DNA from: Mycobacterium tuberculosis H37Rv
Lineage (GTDB): Bacteria; Actinomycetota; Actinomycetes; Mycobacteriales; Mycobacteriaceae
DNA length: 32,000 bases
Reading direction: 5' to 3'
Assembly (NCBI RefSeq): GCF_000195955.2
Contig: NC_000962.3
Coordinates: 3,630,001-3,662,000 of the forward strand
A model generated the notes under the pieces. It saw only the letters and a program-made list of their open reading frames with translations, was not told the DNA's origin and ran no database searches. This document shows positions 8,811-17,884 of this stretch, piece by piece (positions within the stretch are counted from its first letter, which is position 1; each line of letters starts with the position of its first letter). Position numbers and translations under genes: made by a program.

Positions 8811-9302
8811 CTAGTCGGCGGGGTCGGGCAACACCCGTAGATGTCCGCGCCGGCGCCCGGCCCCAGGCTCGGGCGGCGCAAGCACGCCACCCCCGGTGGG
8901 CGCTCCGGTCGCCGCAGCGGGAAAATCGTCGAAACCATGCAGTGGCGCGCCATTTCCGCCTGGATGATGCCGGCGCCCCGCGCTCGGGCCACCCTCGCGC
9001 ACCGCGTCCGCCAGGGCCACCAGGTCGTCCTCGTCGGGGTGGCTGGGCAGCGGCCCGGCGTGACGCACGAGTTCCCACCCGCGCGGTGCAGTGATGCGAC
9101 CGGCATGGCCGACACACAGATCCCACGAATGGGGCTCCCGCGCAGTGGCAAGCGGACCGATCACCGCCGTCGAGTCCGAGTAGACGAACGTCAACGTCGC
9201 CACTGCATAGTGCGGACACCCGGGCCGGCAGCAGCGACGGGGTACGTTCACGACCGAAAGGCTATCGTGCACCAACGCCGCCGAAGCGCCGGACACGCGC
9301 AT
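8811..9302 (-). CDS. DUF3499-type conserved actinobacterial protein (Rv3258c-like)
   Basis: 163-aa ORF with conserved RRCCRPGCPHYAVATLTFVYSDSTAVIGPLATAREPHSWDLCVGHAGR. A start at GTG 9251 is possible. Confidence 0.8.
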   Translation of the reverse strand: MRVSGASAALVHDSLSVVNVPRRCCRPGCPHYAVATLTFVYSDSTAVIGPLATAREPHSWDLCVGHAGRITAPRGWELVRHAGPLPSHPDEDDLVALADAVREGGPSAGRRHHPGGNGAPLHGFDDFPAAATGAPTGGGVLAPPEPGAGRRRGHLRVLPDPAD

Positions 9303-9424
9303 CCGTCCACGCCGCGATGTTTAACCGTTACCATCGGCGCGTGAGCGATTCCCGCAGCTCCTCGTGGAGCCGTCGGTCGCGGGGCGGGTCGGTAGCGCGG
9401 CGAGCAATCCGGCGGGGCCGCGAG

Positions 9425-9844
9425 ATGCGCGGGCCACTGCTGCCGCCGACAGTCCCGGGGTGGCGCAGCCGGGCCGAGCGGTTCGACATGGCAGTGCTGG
9501 AAGCCTACGAACCCATCGAGCGACGCTGGCAGGAGCGGGTGTCGCAGCTGGACATCGCGGTCGACGAGATCCCGAGGATCGCAGCCAAAGATCCCGAAAG
9601 TGTGCAGTGGCCGCCGGAAGTCATCGCCGACGGACCGATCGCGCTGGCCCGGCTCATCCCGGCCGGCGTGGACGTCCGCGGAAATGCGACGCGCGCGCGA
9701 ATCGTCTTGTTTCGCAAACCAATTGAACGACGGGCCAAGGACACCGAGGAACTTGGTGAATTGCTGCACGAAATCCTGGTGGCCCAGGTGGCCATCTACC
9801 TGGACGTCGACCCATCCGTCATCGACCCGACGATCGACGACTAG
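9425..9844 (+). CDS. Zincin-like metallopeptidase-family protein with degenerate active site (Rv3259-like)
   Basis: 139 aa from ATG 9425 (175 aa if 9317). MRGPLLPPTVPGWRS... and IVLFRKPIERRAKDTEELGELLHEILVAQVAIYLDVDPS resemble the actinobacterial zincin-like family. Confidence 0.65.
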   Translation: MRGPLLPPTVPGWRSRAERFDMAVLEAYEPIERRWQERVSQLDIAVDEIPRIAAKDPESVQWPPEVIADGPIALARLIPAGVDVRGNATRARIVLFRKPIERRAKDTEELGELLHEILVAQVAIYLDVDPSVIDPTIDD

Positions 9845-9871
9845 TTCGCGCCGCCGACTCCGGCGGCCGGG

Positions 9872-10243
9872 TCAGATGATCCCGCGTTTGAGGCGGCGGC
9901 GCTCGCGTTCGGAAAGACCACCCCAGATGCCGAACCGCTCGTCATGAGCCAGGGCGTACTCCAGACACTCGTGCCGCACCTCGCAGCCCATGCAAATCTT
10001 CTTGGCCTCACGCGTGGAGCCGCCCTTCTCCGGGAAGAACGCTTCGGGATCCGTTTGCGCACATAGCGCACGGTCCTGCCATTGGTCGGTGGCTTCCGGC
10101 GGCAGAGGTTCCTCGAATGGCGCCGGCGCCTCGGGAACCAAACTCAGATGCGGTCGCAAAACTGCCGTTGCTGATGCGGTAGCCGATCCGGTAGTGGTAT
10201 GCGGTGTGCCTCCCATTACACCCCGAAGGTGTTCATAGGACAT
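9872..10243 (-). CDS. whiB2: WhiB-family Fe-S regulator
   Basis: Four cysteines (ALCAQTD, KKICMGCEVRHECLEYAL) and GIWGGLSERERRRLKR. Strong Shine-Dalgarno supports the 123-aa start at 10243. Confidence 0.95.
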   Translation of the reverse strand: MSYEHLRGVMGGTPHTTTGSATASATAVLRPHLSLVPEAPAPFEEPLPPEATDQWQDRALCAQTDPEAFFPEKGGSTREAKKICMGCEVRHECLEYALAHDERFGIWGGLSERERRRLKRGII

Positions 10244-10542
10244 GCCTCCGCCTCCTCACTCGATAGATAGTGAAATGGTTTCCCACTGTTTTGATGTACA
10301 GTTAACCCAATTCGAACAAGTGATCGAATCTCGGTCTGCGACACCGAAACCGGCCGGCCAACCGCGAAATGACACTGATGTGATTAGACACAAGTTGGGG
10401 ACGCGGGTCAAGTGTGCCGGCGCATTTCCATATCATCTCGTAATAAAATTTCCGCGGTTCTGTTGTGGTTGGGTCCCGGCGTGTCGAGCGTGACTCGTAA
10501 CCAACGTTTGGTGATGGGCGCCGGGAGGTACTGTCCTGCGAT

Positions 10543-11538
10543 GTGAAGGTCACCGTTCTGGCCGGTGGAGTCGGCGGCGCCCGCTTCCTGCTCGGGGTCC
10601 AGCAGCTGCTCGGCCTGGGCCAGTTTGCTGCCAATTCTGCCCACTCGGACGCCGACCACCAACTGAGCGCTGTCGTCAACGTCGGCGACGACGCCTGGAT
10701 CCACGGGCTGCGTGTCTGCCCGGATCTGGACACCTGCATGTATACCCTGGGCGGCGGGGTGGACCCCCAGCGCGGCTGGGGCCAGCGTGACGAAACTTGG
10801 CACGCCATGCAGGAACTGGTGCGCTATGGCGTGCAGCCCGACTGGTTCGAGCTCGGGGACCGCGATCTGGCCACCCATCTGGTGCGCACCCAGATGCTGC
10901 AGGCCGGCTACCCCCTGTCACAGATCACCGAGGCCCTATGCGATCGCTGGCAACCGGGCGCCCGCTTGCTGCCTGCCACCGACGACCGTTGCGAAACCCA
11001 TGTAGTGATCACCGACCCGGTCGACGAAAGCCGCAAGGCGATCCATTTTCAGGAGTGGTGGGTGCGCTACCGTGCCCAGGTGCCGACGCACAGCTTTGCT
11101 TTTGTCGGCGCTGAAAAGTCCAGCGCTGCAACCGAAGCGATCGCCGCCCTGGCCGACGCCGACATCATCATGCTGGCGCCGTCTAATCCGGTGGTCAGCA
11201 TCGGCGCCATCCTGGCCGTCCCCGGGATTCGCGCGGCGTTGCGGGAAGCAACCGCACCGATCGTCGGCTACTCGCCGATCATCGGCGAAAAGCCGTTGCG
11301 CGGCATGGCCGATACGTGCCTTTCGGTTATCGGGGTGGATTCCACCGCGGCCGCTGTGGGCCGGCACTACGGCGCGCGGTGCGCCACCGGGATACTGGAC
11401 TGCTGGCTGGTGCACGACGGCGACCACGCTGAGATTGACGGGGTGACGGTGCGGTCGGTGCCGCTGCTGATGACCGACCCGAACGCGACGGCTGAGATGG
11501 TTCGCGCCGGGTGCGACCTTGCGGGAGTGGTAGCTTGA
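10543..11538 (+). CDS. fbiA: 2-phospho-L-lactate transferase-type enzyme of coenzyme F420 biosynthesis
   Basis: 331 aa, [20 protein letters not shown]..., GTG start preceded by GGGAGG. Adjacent to fbiB. Confidence 0.95.
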
Positions 11539-12881
11539 CCGGCCCCGAACATGGCTCCGCCTCGACCATCGAGATCCTGCCCGTCATCGGGCTGCCCGAA
11601 TTCCGTCCCGGCGACGATCTGAGCGCCGCCGTCGCCGCGGCGGCACCGTGGCTACGCGACGGTGACGTCGTGGTGGTTACCAGCAAGGTGGTGTCCAAAT
11701 GCGAGGGCCGGCTGGTTCCGGCTCCCGAAGACCCCGAGCAAAGAGACCGATTGCGCCGCAAGCTGATCGAGGATGAGGCAGTGCGCGTGTTGGCGCGCAA
11801 GGACCGCACGTTGATCACCGAGAATCGACTCGGGCTGGTTCAGGCGGCCGCCGGCGTGGACGGATCCAACGTCGGCCGGTCCGAGTTAGCGCTGCTGCCG
11901 GTCGATCCTGACGCCAGTGCCGCAACCTTGCGCGCCGGGCTGCGCGAGCGGCTCGGCGTCACCGTCGCCGTGGTCATCACCGACACCATGGGACGCGCCT
12001 GGCGCAACGGCCAGACCGATGCCGCAGTCGGCGCTGCCGGTCTGGCGGTGCTGCGCAACTATGCCGGTGTCCGCGACCCATACGGCAATGAGTTGGTGGT
12101 CACCGAGGTCGCAGTCGCCGACGAGATCGCCGCGGCCGCCGACTTGGTCAAAGGCAAACTGACCGCGACGCCGGTGGCGGTGGTGCGTGGGTTCGGCGTG
12201 TCCGACGACGGCTCGACAGCCCGGCAACTGCTGCGGCCGGGCGCCAACGACCTGTTCTGGCTCGGGACCGCCGAAGCGCTCGAGCTGGGTCGCCAGCAAG
12301 CCCAACTGTTGCGCAGGTCCGTTCGCCGGTTTAGCACCGATCCGGTGCCGGGCGACCTCGTCGAGGCTGCGGTCGCCGAGGCCCTCACCGCGCCAGCCCC
12401 ACATCACACCCGGCCGACCCGATTCGTGTGGCTGCAGACACCGGCCATCCGCGCGCGGCTGCTAGATCGGATGAAAGACAAGTGGCGGTCTGATCTCACC
12501 AGTGACGGCTTGCCCGCCGACGCGATAGAACGCCGGGTGGCACGCGGCCAGATCCTCTATGACGCACCCGAAGTCGTCATACCGATGCTGGTGCCCGACG
12601 GAGCACACAGCTACCCCGATGCCGCCCGCACCGACGCCGAGCACACCATGTTCACGGTCGCCGTCGGAGCGGCCGTACAAGCCTTGCTGGTCGCGCTGGC
12701 CGTGCGCGGGCTGGGCAGTTGCTGGATCGGCTCGACGATCTTTGCCGCTGACCTGGTCCGCGACGAGCTGGACCTGCCAGTCGACTGGGAGCCGTTGGGC
12801 GCCATCGCGATCGGATATGCCGACGAGCCGTCCGGGTTGCGCGACCCGGTGCCTGCCGCCGATTTGCTGATCCTGAAGTGA
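11535..12881 (+). CDS. fbiB: F420 gamma-glutamyl ligase with C-terminal nitroreductase-like domain
   Basis: 448 aa from TTG 11535, overlapping the fbiA TGA (11536-11538). CofE-like [18 protein letters not shown]... and [22 protein letters not shown]; C-terminal nitroreductase-like fold. Confidence 0.93.
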
Positions 12882-13176
12882 CATTCGCTCTAGCGACGAT
12901 AGGCTACCCAGACATGGCGGTCCTGCAGCCGATGCCAACCATCAACCTCCCGACGGATCAATTCACCGCGTTCGGTCAAAAGTGGCTCCTCGGCTCGAAA
13001 TTCTCCAAGAAGGACGACAGGACTTAGGCGCCGTGATAGATGCCGCTGTGGGCGGCGCACTGTCGGTGATGCTCGGCAACATCCCATTGGTGGTTCCGAA
13101 CGCCAACCAGCTGTAACCTTCCCAAGCGCCGACGTGTACCGCTGCTATCCGGCCCGATTCCAGGGACAGCCACCCC

Positions 13177-14838
13177 ATGCAACCTAGTCATCCGACGCGC
13201 CCTGGTGCGGTCATCAGATATGTCGGTAGCTCCCTTGATACTTGTCCCATGACGACGTTCGCCGGCAAAACGGCTGCGTCCGCTGACAAGGTGCGCGGGG
13301 GCTACTACACGCCGCCGGCGGTGGCCCGATTCCTTGCCCACTGGGTTCACCAGGCGGGGCCGAAGATCCTCGAACCATCCTGCGGCGATGGCCGAATCCT
13401 GCGCGAACTCTCCGCCATCACAGACCACGCGCACGGTGTGGAACTCGTTGCGCGCGAGGCGAAAAAGTCGCGGGACTTCGCGTCCGTCGACACTGAGAAC
13501 CTTTTTACCTGGCTGCACAAGACCCAACTCGGCAGCTGGGATGGCGTTGCCGGCAACCCGCCCTACATCCGCTTCGGAAACTGGGCATCCGAACAACGGG
13601 ATCCGGCACTCGAATTGATGCGGCGTGTGGGCCTACGACCGACCAAACTGACCAATGCCTGGGTCCCGTTTGTCGTGGCGAGCACGACGCTAGCGCGTGA
13701 CGGCGGCCGAGTGGGCCTGGTGGTCCCGGCGGAATTGCTTCAAGTCACCTACGCGGCGCAGCTACGCGAATTCCTGCTGAGCCGCTATCGGGAGATCACC
13801 CTGGTTACCTTCGAGCGGCTGGTGTTCGACGGAATCCTGCAGGAAGTTGTGCTGTTCTGCGGCGTCGTCGGTCCCGGTCCTGCACACATACGCACCGTCA
13901 GGCTCGGCGATGCGAACGATCTGAACGCGCTGGGGGACAAGGACTTCACCAATGAGTCAGCGCCGGCGCTTCTCCACGAAAAGGAGAAGTGGACCAAGTA
14001 CTTCCTCGACCCCGCTCAAATCCGGCTACTGCGAGGACTCAAACAGTCCGCCACTATGATCAGGCTCGGCGAACTGGCCGACGTGGATGTGGGCATCGTG
14101 ACCGGCCGCAACAGCTTCTTCACGTTCACCGATGCCAAGGCACAAGCGCTGGGATTGCGAGCGCACTGCGTTCCCCTGGTCTCTCGCAGCGCCCAACTCA
14201 GCGGGCTGATCTATGACGAGGATTGCCGGGCATGCGATGTCGCCGGCAACCACCGAACGTGGCTACTCGACGCCGCGGACTATCCAACCGATCCAGCTCT
14301 CGTCGCTCACATCACCGCGGGTGAAGCGGCCGGCGTCCACCTCGGCTACAAGTGCTCGATCCGCAAGCCATGGTGGAGCACACCATCGCTGTGGATGCCC
14401 GACCTCTTTATGCTGCGCCAGATCCACTTCGCCCCGCGGCTGACCGTCAACGCTGCCGCGGCGACCAGCACCGATACCGTGCACCGGGTCCGGCTCGACC
14501 CGAACGTCGATCCGGCAACTCTTGCCGCGGTGTTCCACAACAGCGCGACATTCGCGTTCGCCGAGATCATGGGCCGCAGTTATGGGGGCGGCATCTTGGA
14601 GTTGGAGCCTAGGGAAGCCGAGCAACTACCTATGCCACCGCCGGCGTACGGGAGCGCAGAACTTGCCCAGGATGTTGATCTCCTGCTGAAAGCAAACGAG
14701 ATCGACAAGGCGCTCGACGTCGTGGACCGTCACGTTCTGATCGACGGGCTCGGCTTGTCGCCGCGCCTGGTCGCAGGTTGCCGAGCGGCATGGCTCACGC
14801 TCCGCGACCGCAGGACCAAGCGCGGATCTCGGCGATAA
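13177..14838 (+). CDS. mamA: Orphan N6-adenine DNA methyltransferase (Rv3263-like)
   Basis: RGGYYTPPAVARFLAHW, SAM motif ILEPSCGDGRILREL and catalytic NPPY. No restriction endonuclease or specificity subunit nearby. Internal ATG at 13249 is a plausible true start. Confidence 0.93.
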   Translation: MQPSHPTRPGAVIRYVGSSLDTCPMTTFAGKTAASADKVRGGYYTPPAVARFLAHWVHQAGPKILEPSCGDGRILRELSAITDHAHGVELVAREAKKSRDFASVDTENLFTWLHKTQLGSWDGVAGNPPYIRFGNWASEQRDPALELMRRVGLRPTKLTNAWVPFVVASTTLARDGGRVGLVVPAELLQVTYAAQLREFLLSRYREITLVTFERLVFDGILQEVVLFCGVVGPGPAHIRTVRLGDANDLNALGDKDFTNESAPALLHEKEKWTKYFLDPAQIRLLRGLKQSATMIRLGELADVDVGIVTGRNSFFTFTDAKAQALGLRAHCVPLVSRSAQLSGLIYDEDCRACDVAGNHRTWLLDAADYPTDPALVAHITAGEAAGVHLGYKCSIRKPWWSTPSLWMPDLFMLRQIHFAPRLTVNAAAATSTDTVHRVRLDPNVDPATLAAVFHNSATFAFAEIMGRSYGGGILELEPREAEQLPMPPPAYGSAELAQDVDLLLKANEIDKALDVVDRHVLIDGLGLSPRLVAGCRAAWLTLRDRRTKRGSRR

Positions 14839-14897
14839 CCGCGGCGGGTGAGCGCCTCGCGTGCCCGGCCAACGATGTCGATCTCGGCGCAAGAAGC

Positions 14898-15977
14898 TCA
14901 AACGTCGGACGAGTAACGGATCCCGCCGTCGGGAAGAAAGACACCGGGCCATACCCGGGCACCACTTAACAACTCGCAGCGCGCGCCGATGTCGGCCCCG
15001 TCACCGATCACACCGTCGCGGATCAACGCCCGCGGTCCGATGCGAGCACCGAAGCCGATGATCGAACGCTCGATCACGCACCCGGCCTCCACCCGGACAC
15101 CATCGAAGATGACCGCGCCGTCCAATCTGGTGCCGGGGCCGATTTCGGCACCACGCCCCACGACGGTGCCGCCAATCAGCAACGCACCGGGAGATACCGC
15201 CGCACCGTCGTGCACCAACTGCTCACCGCGGTGACCACGCAAGGCCGGAGACGGGGCGATGCCGCGCACCAGATCCGCCGATCCGCGAACGAAGTCTTCC
15301 GGTGTGCCCATGTCCCGCCAATAGCTGGCATCGACATAGCCGTAGATCTTGCAGTCGCCGTCGGCGAGCAAGGCCGGGAACACCTCGCGTTCCACCGAAA
15401 CCTCCCGGCCCTGCGGAATCCGGTCGATGACGTTGCGTTCGAAGACATAGCAGCCGGCATTGATCTGGTCGGTCGGCGGATCCTCCGTCTTCTCCAGAAA
15501 GGCGACTACGCGGTCCTCCTCGTCGGTGGGTACGCAGCCGAATGCCCGCGGGTCGCCCACCCGCACCAGTTGCAGCGTGACATCGGCTCGATTGCTTCGG
15601 TGGAAGTCCAGCAGTTGGGCCAGATCCGCGCCCGAGAGCACATCGCCGTTAAACACCATCGCGGTGTCGTTGCGCAGCTTGCCGGCAACGTTGGCGATGC
15701 CGCCGCCAGTCCCCAAGGGATGCTCCTCGGTCACGTATTCGATCTGTAGGCCCAGTGCGGACCCGTCGCCGAACTCCGCTTCGAAGACTGCGGGTTTGTA
15801 GGACGTACCCAGGATCACGTGCTCGATGCCCGCTGCGGCGATCCGCGACAGCAGATGGGTGAGGAACGGCAGTCCGGCGGTAGGCAGCATTGGCTTGGGC
15901 GCCGACAGCGTCAACGGCCGCAGTCGGGTACCCTTGCCACCGACCAGGACCACCGCATCGACTTGGTGAGTTGCCAA
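14898..15977 (-). CDS. manB: Mannose-1-phosphate guanylyltransferase (GDP-mannose pyrophosphorylase)
   Basis: 359 aa; nucleotidyltransferase signature VVLVGGKGTRLRPLTLSAPKPMLP plus a left-handed beta-helix C-terminus (GRGAEIGPGTRLDGAVIFDGV...). Also called manC in some annotations. Confidence 0.92.
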   Translation of the reverse strand: MATHQVDAVVLVGGKGTRLRPLTLSAPKPMLPTAGLPFLTHLLSRIAAAGIEHVILGTSYKPAVFEAEFGDGSALGLQIEYVTEEHPLGTGGGIANVAGKLRNDTAMVFNGDVLSGADLAQLLDFHRSNRADVTLQLVRVGDPRAFGCVPTDEEDRVVAFLEKTEDPPTDQINAGCYVFERNVIDRIPQGREVSVEREVFPALLADGDCKIYGYVDASYWRDMGTPEDFVRGSADLVRGIAPSPALRGHRGEQLVHDGAAVSPGALLIGGTVVGRGAEIGPGTRLDGAVIFDGVRVEAGCVIERSIIGFGARIGPRALIRDGVIGDGADIGARCELLSGARVWPGVFLPDGGIRYSSDV

Positions 15978-15978
15978 C

Positions 15979-16902
15979 TCAGTGCCGCCCTTCTACCAGC
16001 TTCAGTTTCCGTCTGCGGGACCTGCGCAGTGAACTGCGCACCATGAGGTGGGAACGCAGCGCCAGTGATCCCCGCAGGGTCCAGCGCAGCGGAGCCCGCC
16101 ACCAACCAGAATGTCGGTCGGCTAAGAAGATATAGGTGCTTTTGTGATGGGCGGCCAGATGGCTTGCCGGGTCGCGACCCGTCGAATGCGCCTTGTGGTG
16201 CAGAACCTCGGCTGACGGCACATACACCGACAGCCAACCGGCTTTGCCAAGCCGGTCGCCAAGGTCGACGTCCTCCATGTACATGAAGTAACGTTCGTCG
16301 AATCCGCCGACCTGGCCAAACGCCGACCGGCGCACCAGTAGGCAAGACCCCGACAACCAACCCACCGGCCGTTCACTGGGCTCCAGCCGCTCCTGCCGGT
16401 AGGCCGTCGTCCACGGATTGCGCGGCCAGAACGGCCCGAGCACTGCGTGCATGCCGCCGCGGATCAGGCTGGGCATCTGCCGCGCCGACGGGTACACCGA
16501 CCCGTCGGGGTCCCGAATCAGCGGGCCCAGCGCGCCCGCGCGGGGCCAGCGGGAGGCGGCGTCCAGTAGTGCATCGATACTGCCCGGGCCCCATTGCACG
16601 TCCGGGTTGGCCACGATCACCCAGTCATCGACCCAGGGTTCGCCGGCATCGCCCGCCATTTCACCGAGCTGGGCGATCGTCCGATTCACCGCGGTTCCGT
16701 ACCCGAGGTTGGCCCCTGTGGGCAGCAGCCGCACGTTGGGGTAGCGCTGCACCGCGGCCTGCGGGGTGCCGTCGGTGGAGCCGTTGTCTGCCAACAGCAC
16801 GCTGACCGGCCGCTCGGTGGCCAGCGACAACGACGCCAGGAACCGCTCTAGATGGGGCCCCGGCGAGTAGGTCACCGCTACCACCGGCAGGACGTCAGTC
16901 AC
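15979..16902 (-). CDS. wbbL1: Rhamnosyltransferase of the mycolyl-arabinogalactan linker, GT2
   Basis: VVAVTYSPGPHLERFLASL...VLLADNGSTDGTP...WVIVANPDVQWGPGS. GTG 16902 (307 aa) or GTG 16884 (301 aa). Adjacent to rmlD. Confidence 0.92.
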   Translation of the reverse strand: MTDVLPVVAVTYSPGPHLERFLASLSLATERPVSVLLADNGSTDGTPQAAVQRYPNVRLLPTGANLGYGTAVNRTIAQLGEMAGDAGEPWVDDWVIVANPDVQWGPGSIDALLDAASRWPRAGALGPLIRDPDGSVYPSARQMPSLIRGGMHAVLGPFWPRNPWTTAYRQERLEPSERPVGWLSGSCLLVRRSAFGQVGGFDERYFMYMEDVDLGDRLGKAGWLSVYVPSAEVLHHKAHSTGRDPASHLAAHHKSTYIFLADRHSGWWRAPLRWTLRGSLALRSHLMVRSSLRRSRRRKLKLVEGRH

Positions 16903-17809
16903 GCGTTGAGGGTAACCGTCGATCGATCGAAGTTGAGTTCGCAGGTGCTGCCAGCGCCGTGGCCAGTGCGCTGCGCCAGTGCCGTAGCGGCGTCAAGCCC
17001 GCCAGCGCCCACTGCCTGCTCGACAGCGCGGAATAGCTCGAACGCGGCGCGGGCCGCGGAAACTGCGCGCTGCTGACCGGACGCACCCGCTGTGGGTCGG
17101 CACCGCATTCTTCGAACACCGCGCGGGCTTGACCGAACCGGGAGACCACGCCCTCGTTAGCGGCGTGCAACACGCGTCCGCGCACGCCCGCGTCGGCCAA
17201 CGCCAGCAGCGCCTCGGCCAGGTCGGCGACGTAGGTCGGCGACCCGGTCTGGTCGTCGACCACATCCACCCGACCGTGTCCGGCGGCCAGCCGGCGCATG
17301 ACGGCGACGAAATCCTTGCCGGTCCCGCCGGTGTAGACCCAGGCGGTCCGTACCACGGCAGCCTCCGGGAACGCTGCCAGCACAGCCTGCTCGCCGGCGA
17401 GTTTGCTGCGGGCATACACGCCCTGCGGCGCGGTTTCATCGGTGGGCTCGTAGGGCCGGGGCTCGGCGCCGCCGAAGTCGCCATCGAATACGTAGTCGGT
17501 GGAGACGTGGATTAACCGAGCACCCACACGAGCGCACGCACGGGCGAGGTGTTGCGGGCCAGTGGCATTGACCGCATAGGCGACTGCCTCATTGCTCTCG
17601 GCGCCGTCGACGTCGGTGTAGGCGGCGCAATTGATCACCACGTCACCGTGTCGGATGATCCGCTCGGCCGCAGCGGGGTCGGTGATATCCCACTGCGAGG
17701 AAGTCAGCGCCAGCATATCGCGGCCTTCCCGGGCGGCCTGTGCCGTCAGATGGCTGCCCAGCTGCCCGCCCGCACCGGTGATGACTAGCCTTTCTGACCT
17801 GCCCGCCAT
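16895..17809 (-). CDS. rmlD: dTDP-4-dehydrorhamnose reductase
   Basis: 304 aa; VITGAGGQLGSHLT, STDYVFDG and YARSKLAGEQ (YxxxK). Confidence 0.95.
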   Translation of the reverse strand: MAGRSERLVITGAGGQLGSHLTAQAAREGRDMLALTSSQWDITDPAAAERIIRHGDVVINCAAYTDVDGAESNEAVAYAVNATGPQHLARACARVGARLIHVSTDYVFDGDFGGAEPRPYEPTDETAPQGVYARSKLAGEQAVLAAFPEAAVVRTAWVYTGGTGKDFVAVMRRLAAGHGRVDVVDDQTGSPTYVADLAEALLALADAGVRGRVLHAANEGVVSRFGQARAVFEECGADPQRVRPVSSAQFPRPAPRSSYSALSSRQWALAGLTPLRHWRSALATALAAPANSTSIDRRLPSTRD

Positions 17810-17875
17810 GTGTTTGAGTCTGGCACGCCTCGGGCACGCCGGGGTTGGCTACCCGACAGGGCGCCGTTACACAAG

Positions 17876-17881
17876 TAGTCT
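17876..17881 (+). promoter_or_regulatory. Predicted -10 box TAGTCT for leaderless cpsA
   Basis: CCGACA (17853-17858), 17-nt spacer, TAGTCT, then 6 nt to the ATG at 17888. Confidence 0.55.
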
Positions 17882-17884
17882 AGT

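Noticed and set aside
10384-10397. CRP-like site TGTGATTAGACACA upstream of fbiA
   Set aside because: Spacing is 2 bp shorter than the TGTGA-N6-TCACA consensus, so it is not called as a CRP site; mentioned only as a weak repeat.
13024-13596. 190-aa minus ORF spanning the fbiB-mamA intergenic region
   Set aside because: Mostly antisense to mamA, with no conserved motif. The intergenic part alone is reported as an unassigned region instead.
13177-14838. Complete type I, II or BREX-like restriction/defence island around the methyltransferase
   Set aside because: Neighbours are fbiB and cell-wall sugar genes. No HsdR, HsdS, BrxC/PglZ-like protein, integrase or composition shift was visible.
15210-15749. 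179-aa ORF antisense to the GDP-mannose pyrophosphorylase
   Set aside because: Mirror frame of a strongly coding gene with no recognisable domain or start signal.
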